Of a stretch of DNA of 64,000 nucleotides, positions 59,562 to 64,000 are shown in pieces. The position numbers and the translations under genes were made by a program. Source of the DNA: a virus; IMG/VR virus record IMGVR_UViG_3300017950_000006, positions 25,994-89,993 of that record. One strand, given 5' to 3'. The stretch's first letter is position 1, and each line of letters opens with the position of its first letter. Under the pieces are notes generated by a model. The model saw only the letters and a program-made list of their open reading frames with translations. It did not search any database and was not told where the DNA came from.

Positions 59562-60520
59562 TAATTTGGGGAATGGTCGGCAACAGTCACGATGCAAGTT
59601 TAGCAGTGTTTAAAGACGGCAAACTAAAATGGGCGGCACTTGCTAAAGACTTTAGTGGCGTAGCAAATGATCCAAACTTTAGTTGGACTATGTTAAGTGT
59701 AGCAAGAGAAATGTACGGAGAACCAGATAAGGTAGTTTGGTATGAACGTCCTATGCTTAAATCTTTTAGACAACTACTAGCCGGACAAGGATTCTTATTT
59801 AAAGAAAACAATATTGAAAGTTATCTAAAGCAATGGAGCATTAGATGTCCTATTGAATATGTACAGCATCATCACAGTCATGCGGCATATGGATATTATA
59901 CTAGTGGCTTTAGAGATGCTAGTATTATTTGTATTGACAGTATTGGAGAGTGGGAAACTCTTACTATGTGGAAAGGCGAAGGGGATAAACTAACAAAAGT
60001 CAGTTCACAAGGATATCCACACAGTCTAGGTTTGTGGTACAGTGCAATGACACAGCGTCTAGGATTTGAACCAAACAAAGACGAATACAAAGTTTCTCAA
60101 CTTGCTATGAAAGGCGACTATAGACTTTACGACCAAGTTATATTAAATGAATTTTTTGAATTTGAACCAAATAACCCATTCTGTGTTGTAAAACTAAAAG
60201 AAAATTGTCATAGAGGTTTACGTTGGTGGAGACCTGAAATCGAAGATTTAGAAAACTTGGCGGCGGCAGTTCAATTTGTTTTCCAAAAGATTGTATTACG
60301 ATTAACAACAAGTATGGCGTTACATATGCCTAGTAAAAATTTAATTGTAACTGGAGGTTGTGCATTAAACAAAGGAGCAATGGACTATATTAGACCAAAC
60401 TGGGAAAACTTATGGATCCCACCAAATCCGGGAGATCCAGGATCATGTATTGGAGCAGTGTTGGCTTCGGAAAAGAAACATATTGACTTTAATCCAGAAG
60501 TATGGTATAATAGCAAGTAA
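59558..60520 (+). CDS. Carbamoyltransferase N-terminal (Kae1-like) domain only
   Basis: SHDAS, HHHSHAA, IDSIGE, SLG..Y, EYKV, GGCALN and PGD.G..IG motifs; ends without a C domain. Confidence 0.8.
   Translation: MIIWGMVGNSHDASLAVFKDGKLKWAALAKDFSGVANDPNFSWTMLSVAREMYGEPDKVVWYERPMLKSFRQLLAGQGFLFKENNIESYLKQWSIRCPIEYVQHHHSHAAYGYYTSGFRDASIICIDSIGEWETLTMWKGEGDKLTKVSSQGYPHSLGLWYSAMTQRLGFEPNKDEYKVSQLAMKGDYRLYDQVILNEFFEFEPNNPFCVVKLKENCHRGLRWWRPEIEDLENLAAAVQFVFQKIVLRLTTSMALHMPSKNLIVTGGCALNKGAMDYIRPNWENLWIPPNPGDPGSCIGAVLASEKKHIDFNPEVWYNSK
60483..60511 (+). promoter_or_regulatory. Sigma70-type promoter
   Basis: TTGACT-17 nt-TATAAT with TG extension, upstream of the helicase gene. Confidence 0.75.
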
Positions 60521-60536
60521 TATAAAGGATCGCTGA

Positions 60537-61964
60537 ATGACAAAACAAAATAGAGATTATGGTTATGATGTACAAAAAGTATATCTAGAAATGATGCTGA
60601 GTGATGCACAATCATTTGTGCGTTGTCAGACAATCTTTGACCATTCTTTGTTTGATAGAAAACTACAAAACGCCGCAGAATTTATTAATGAATATGTTAC
60701 AAATCATAACGCATTACCTACAGAAGATATGGTCAATGCTAACTGTAAAACAGATTTAAAGATTCCTACAGGATTACGTGAAGAACACTATGATTGGTTA
60801 TTGCAAGAATTTGAAACGTTTACTAGACATAAAGGTTTAGAAAGAGCAATCCTTGAAAGTGCTAACTTACTTGAAGAAGGTAACTATGGTCCTGTAGAAG
60901 AAAAAATTAAGAATGCAGTCCAAGTAGGACTAACAAAAGATCTAGGTACAGATTACTTTGAAGATCCTAAAGCAAGACTTATGGGACTTAAAGATAACAA
61001 CGGACAAGTAAGCACAGGTTGGAAGACACTTGACAGGAAACTGTTTGGTGGATTTAATAGAGGTGAACTGAATATCTTTGCAGGCGGTTCGGGTGCAGGT
61101 AAATCTTTGTTCTTGGCTAACTTAGGAGTAAACTGGGCACTCAACGGAATGAATGTTGTGTATCTAAGTTTTGAGTTAAGTGAAGCACTTGTAGCAATGC
61201 GTATTGATAGTATGGTAACTGATGTTCCAACTAAAGAAATTTTTAAAGATCTTGACGGCGTTGAAATGAAAGTTAAACTAATTGGTAAGAAGTCTGGAGC
61301 ATTCCAAGTCAAGTATATGCCAAGTGGTAAAAATGCAAACGACATTAGAAGTTACGTAAAAGAGTATGAAATTAAAACAGGTAAAAAGATTGACGTATTA
61401 TTAATTGACTACTTAGACTTGATGATGCCAATGAGTAGAAAAGTGTCACCGAGTGATTTGTTTATTAAAGATAAATTTGTATCAGAAGAATTACGTAATC
61501 TTGCAATGGAAACGCAAACTGTATTTGTAACTGCATCACAATTGAACAGAGGGGCTGTTGAAGAAATTGAATTTGATCACTCGCACATCTCAGGTGGTTT
61601 GAGTAAGATTCAAACAGCAGATAATGTGATTGGTATCTTTACTAGTAGAGCAATGCGTGAACGAGGACGTTATCAGATACAGTTAATGAAAACAAGAAGT
61701 TCAAGTGGCGTTGGTAGTAAGATTGATTTAGAATTTGACGTTGACAGTTTACGTATTAGAGATCTTGAAGAAGACGATGATACAAACTCATATGGTACAT
61801 CTAAAGCAGGATCAAGTATATTATCAGGACTACAAAGATCATCAACAACATCAAGCGATACTGAAACTATTGAACCTAATGAAGGTGCTCCAGTTAAGAA
61901 AGTAAAAGCAGATGTTGATAGCACTAAGTTACGTGAATTCTTAGGTAACTTAGGCAATGACTAA
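60537..61964 (+). CDS. Replicative DnaB-like helicase (gp41-like)
   Basis: STGW..LD, GGSGAGKS, SFEL, IDYLDL, TASQLNR and K.R motifs. Confidence 0.9.
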   Translation: MTKQNRDYGYDVQKVYLEMMLSDAQSFVRCQTIFDHSLFDRKLQNAAEFINEYVTNHNALPTEDMVNANCKTDLKIPTGLREEHYDWLLQEFETFTRHKGLERAILESANLLEEGNYGPVEEKIKNAVQVGLTKDLGTDYFEDPKARLMGLKDNNGQVSTGWKTLDRKLFGGFNRGELNIFAGGSGAGKSLFLANLGVNWALNGMNVVYLSFELSEALVAMRIDSMVTDVPTKEIFKDLDGVEMKVKLIGKKSGAFQVKYMPSGKNANDIRSYVKEYEIKTGKKIDVLLIDYLDLMMPMSRKVSPSDLFIKDKFVSEELRNLAMETQTVFVTASQLNRGAVEEIEFDHSHISGGLSKIQTADNVIGIFTSRAMRERGRYQIQLMKTRSSSGVGSKIDLEFDVDSLRIRDLEEDDDTNSYGTSKAGSSILSGLQRSSTTSSDTETIEPNEGAPVKKVKADVDSTKLREFLGNLGND

Positions 61965-62002
61965 ATCGTAAAGATAAATATTTTTGTACAAGGGAGTATG
62001 AA

Positions 62003-62515
62003 GTGTCTGATACACTTGTTCTAAATGCCGATGCCAAACCTTACAGTGTTTTACCATTGTCAACTATCACGTGGCAAGAATCAATCAAATATCTAGTTTT
62101 AGAAAAAGTTACAGTACTCGAATGGTATGACGATTGGCTAGTAAGTTCTATGGAATGGGAAACTCGTGTTCCTGCTGTAGTTATGGTTAAGAAGTATGTG
62201 CGTAAAAATTCTAGTGTACGCTTTACTAAATTTAATATGATGTTGCGGGATAGTTTTACTTGTCAATACTGTGAAGAAGTGTTACATCGAAATATCTGTA
62301 CTATGGATCATGTCGTTCCTGTAAGTAAAGGAGGTCGAACTACTTGGACAAATGTAGTTACAGCCTGTGGACCTTGCAATGTAGCAAAAGGCGATAAACT
62401 ACATCCAAAACCAATTCGTCAACCTTTTAAGCCTACCTACTATGATCTAGTTAAAAATAAAGAACATCTACAGTACAAACTAAAACACGAAAGTTGGAAA
62501 AACTTTATTTTTTAG
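62003..62515 (+). CDS. HNH endonuclease (McrA/COG1403-like)
   Basis: LVLNA N-domain; RD.FTCQYC, T.DHVVP.SKGG...W.NVV.AC..CN..K. GTG start with GGGAG SD; TAAATA at 61975. Confidence 0.85.
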   Translation: MSDTLVLNADAKPYSVLPLSTITWQESIKYLVLEKVTVLEWYDDWLVSSMEWETRVPAVVMVKKYVRKNSSVRFTKFNMMLRDSFTCQYCEEVLHRNICTMDHVVPVSKGGRTTWTNVVTACGPCNVAKGDKLHPKPIRQPFKPTYYDLVKNKEHLQYKLKHESWKNFIF

Positions 62516-62519
62516 TTGT

Positions 62520-62680
62520 TCAAGGGTAAAAATGCCCCTATGCGACAGACGTCTTAAATGCATGAAAATCACCCCTAAATGGCTCTTATTTGCCGACTTA
62601 AGGAGTTTTACTATACAATGTATATCAAACAGGGTTTTATGCGAGTAACGGTGTTTTAACCGCTTTTAAGACGCCTATTA
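62520..62680 (-). ncRNA. Candidate structured ncRNA (multi-branched), unassigned
   Basis: 13-bp closing stem TAGGCGTCTTAAA/TTTAAGACGTCTG plus four nested stems and a 3' hairpin, folded by hand. G-U pairs favour the minus strand. Confidence 0.45.
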
Positions 62681-62701
62681 TATATGTATATAAGTACTAG
62701 T

Positions 62702-63286
62702 ATGATTAAAGATTTTATAGGTGTGTTTGACAATCAACTCGATCCAGAGTACTGTCAAACTGTAATTGATTACTATCACCAACAAGAAGGAACACGTATA
62801 CTTACACGCCAAACTGCTAACGAGCAAGCACCAAAGATGAACAAGGACGGTGCGATGCTATATGACGAAGGTGAGTCTGGTACGTTTGCTTTAAGTATGA
62901 ACAAACTGCTAGAGCCTTACTACAATGCTCTTCAAAATTGTATACTAGATTATACACAAGAATTTGGTGTGTTCGAAAATCTTAATCCAATTCAAATATC
63001 ACATTCGATTAAAATACAACATACCCGCCCTACAGAAGGATATCATATTTGGCACTGTGAACACGCAAGTCGCGATACAGGACAACGTGCTTTATTGGCT
63101 ATGGCTTATTTGAATACTGTAAAAGAAGGTGGCGAAACAGAGTTCTTGTATCAAAGCAGACGCATACCTGCGACACAAGGAACTATTATGATTTGTCCTG
63201 CAGGATTTACTCATACACATAGAGGCAATCCTCCACTAAGTGGTGACAAATATGCTATCACCACTTGGTTGGAGTTTACTCACTAA
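62702..63286 (+). CDS. 2OG-Fe(II) oxygenase (prolyl 4-hydroxylase-like)
   Basis: GYH.WHCE, YLN.V.EGGETEF and THTHRGNPP..G.KY motifs; TAAGTA-N5-ATG start at 62702. Confidence 0.85.
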   Translation: MIKDFIGVFDNQLDPEYCQTVIDYYHQQEGTRILTRQTANEQAPKMNKDGAMLYDEGESGTFALSMNKLLEPYYNALQNCILDYTQEFGVFENLNPIQISHSIKIQHTRPTEGYHIWHCEHASRDTGQRALLAMAYLNTVKEGGETEFLYQSRRIPATQGTIMICPAGFTHTHRGNPPLSGDKYAITTWLEFTH

Positions 63287-63481
63287 TTACCAGTTATTAG
63301 TAGATTTAGTAGACTGATGGCCTAAGATTTTATCTTTATTAAGACCATGCTTTACTACATAACCAGAAGTACCATTGGCATTTACTTCCACCTCATGACG
63401 AGCCTTCCATAATTCCATTTCTTTCTTTTTACGTAGTTGTTGCTCAGAATATTGCTTGAGCATAAATGAGTGTCTATCCAT
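63287..63481 (-). CDS. 64-aa hypothetical protein downstream of the glutamine riboswitch
   Basis: Strong SD AAGGAGGG; lies directly 3' of the glnA-motif RNA. Confidence 0.75.
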   Translation of the reverse strand: MDRHSFMLKQYSEQQLRKKKEMELWKARHEVEVNANGTSGYVVKHGLNKDKILGHQSTKSTNNW

Positions 63482-63506
63482 GTCACCCTCCTTTTTAAAG
63501 TTAGGT

Positions 63507-63553
63507 GCGTTCCTTCGACATAGTGTCTACTTCCAAGCGTATTGCTCGAACGT
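63507..63553 (-). ncRNA. Glutamine riboswitch (glnA RNA motif / glutamine-I)
   Basis: ACGUUC-GAGC aauac GCUU-GGAAGUA-GAC acuau GUC-GAAG-GAACG-C: P1 CGUUC/GAACG, P2, and P3 with AGUA/GAA E-loop, matching the glnA consensus as I recall it. Confidence 0.85.
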
Positions 63554-63558
63554 ATTAG

Positions 63559-63619
63559 TATTTAGCATAGCAGGTATGTGTTTTGGGTATATTATAGTAG
63601 ATCTTTTAGCGTACTTCAA
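63559..63619 (-). promoter_or_regulatory. Tandem promoters for the riboswitch transcript
   Basis: Late box TAAATA at 63564-63559, 5 nt before the riboswitch; sigma70-type TTGAAG (63619-63614)-17 nt-TATAAT (63596-63591). Confidence 0.6.
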
Positions 63620-64000
63620 TCCAACCTAGACTTGCAAAGCCATCTTTGTTTGCAACAGTCGATGCCATAGCAATAAGGAATGTGTCACTGGTATCGCCCA
63701 GCGTGGTTGTAGTTCTTCTATCAATCTGTGTGATTGCTCGTTCGTTAAATCTAAAGATGTTGCCTTGTCCGCTTGAACTTACATAGATTGTTTCAACAGG
63801 AATGCCTCCTGTATAACCAGTTGCGGTTATGTTGTATTCAATGGGCGAATCGTCACTATAACTTACCCAAGTGCCGCCTGTGATGACAGCACCTTCTACT
63901 GCCCTAGCAAACACGTTAGAGTTATCCAATGTTGCCGCAGAGAATGAATCAGGTAGTACTACGCTGTTGAGTGCTGTGCTTTTCAATCTAATAGCAACCA
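63606..64000 (-). CDS. C-terminal part of a probable virion structural protein (runs off the window)
   Basis: Open frame, G/T/S-rich, ending LGWIEVR, reminiscent of the W.E end of the 2223-aa protein. Confidence 0.5.
   Translation of the reverse strand, partial: VAIRLKSTALNSVVLPDSFSAATLDNSNVFARAVEGAVITGGTWVSYSDDSPIEYNITATGYTGGIPVETIYVSSSGQGNIFRFNERAITQIDRRTTTTLGDTSDTFLIAMASTVANKDGFASLGWIEVR

Noticed and set aside
1759-61957. Numerous 60-130 aa antisense or alternate-frame ORFs in the track (e.g. 3835-4080, 18226-18570, 27715-28068, 60953-61345)
   Set aside because: They lie within long genes with recognisable motifs, lack SD or promoter signals, and show the shadow composition expected from codon bias.
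62003-62515. IscB/HEARO-type or Cas9-like RNA-guided nuclease assignment for the HNH
   Set aside because: Only 170 aa, with no RuvC motifs or PLMP domain. It fits the ordinary McrA-like HNH family; any RNA partnership is hypothetical.
62516-62700. Hammerhead ribozyme or simple terminator as the explanation for the structured gap
   Set aside because: No CUGANGA core on either strand, and the nested multi-stem pairing is more than a terminator hairpin would need.
1-64000. CRISPR array, tRNA or rRNA genes
   Set aside because: No regularly spaced direct repeats, no cloverleaf with a T-loop consensus, and intergenic gaps are short. This was a scan by eye only.
1-64000. Stop-codon reassignment
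   Set aside because: Core genes are full length under the standard code, and TAA, TAG and TGA all terminate genes at sensible positions.
1-64000. Host assignment (cyanobacterium versus SAR11 or other heterotroph)
   Set aside because: No photosynthesis or other host-diagnostic genes in the window; the riboswitch and low GC are suggestive only.

Overview
This window is a 64 kb segment of a large, AT-rich (roughly one-third GC by eye), T4-like myovirus genome, probably aquatic or marine; the host cannot be assigned from sequence. Left to right it holds: the 3' part of a carbamoyltransferase; virion proteins including a 2223-aa repeat protein; a minus-strand ADP-heptose operon (hldE, hldD, NUDIX, cupin); neck (gp13/14/15-like), dNMP kinase, tail sheath and tube, gp4 and terminase genes; gp32-UvsX-UvsY; a ~15 kb glycan/small-molecule modification island (DUF579-type and FkbM methyltransferases, glycosyltransferases, 2OG oxygenases, PLP enzyme, amidinotransferase, two radical SAM proteins); and UvsW, gp62-like, primase and helicase genes. 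The most notable observations are: (1) a 189-aa minimal DnaE-family polymerase core that keeps the catalytic triad; (2) a glnA-type glutamine riboswitch with two promoters upstream of a 64-aa orphan ORF; (3) an unannotated ~165-nt multi-branched structured element right after an HNH nuclease gene; (4) a TAA(A/G)TA-N5-ATG pattern implying leaderless late mRNAs; and (5) apparent avoidance of AGCT and GCWGC. I saw no tRNA, rRNA or CRISPR array. All family calls come from motif recognition by eye, not from database searches.
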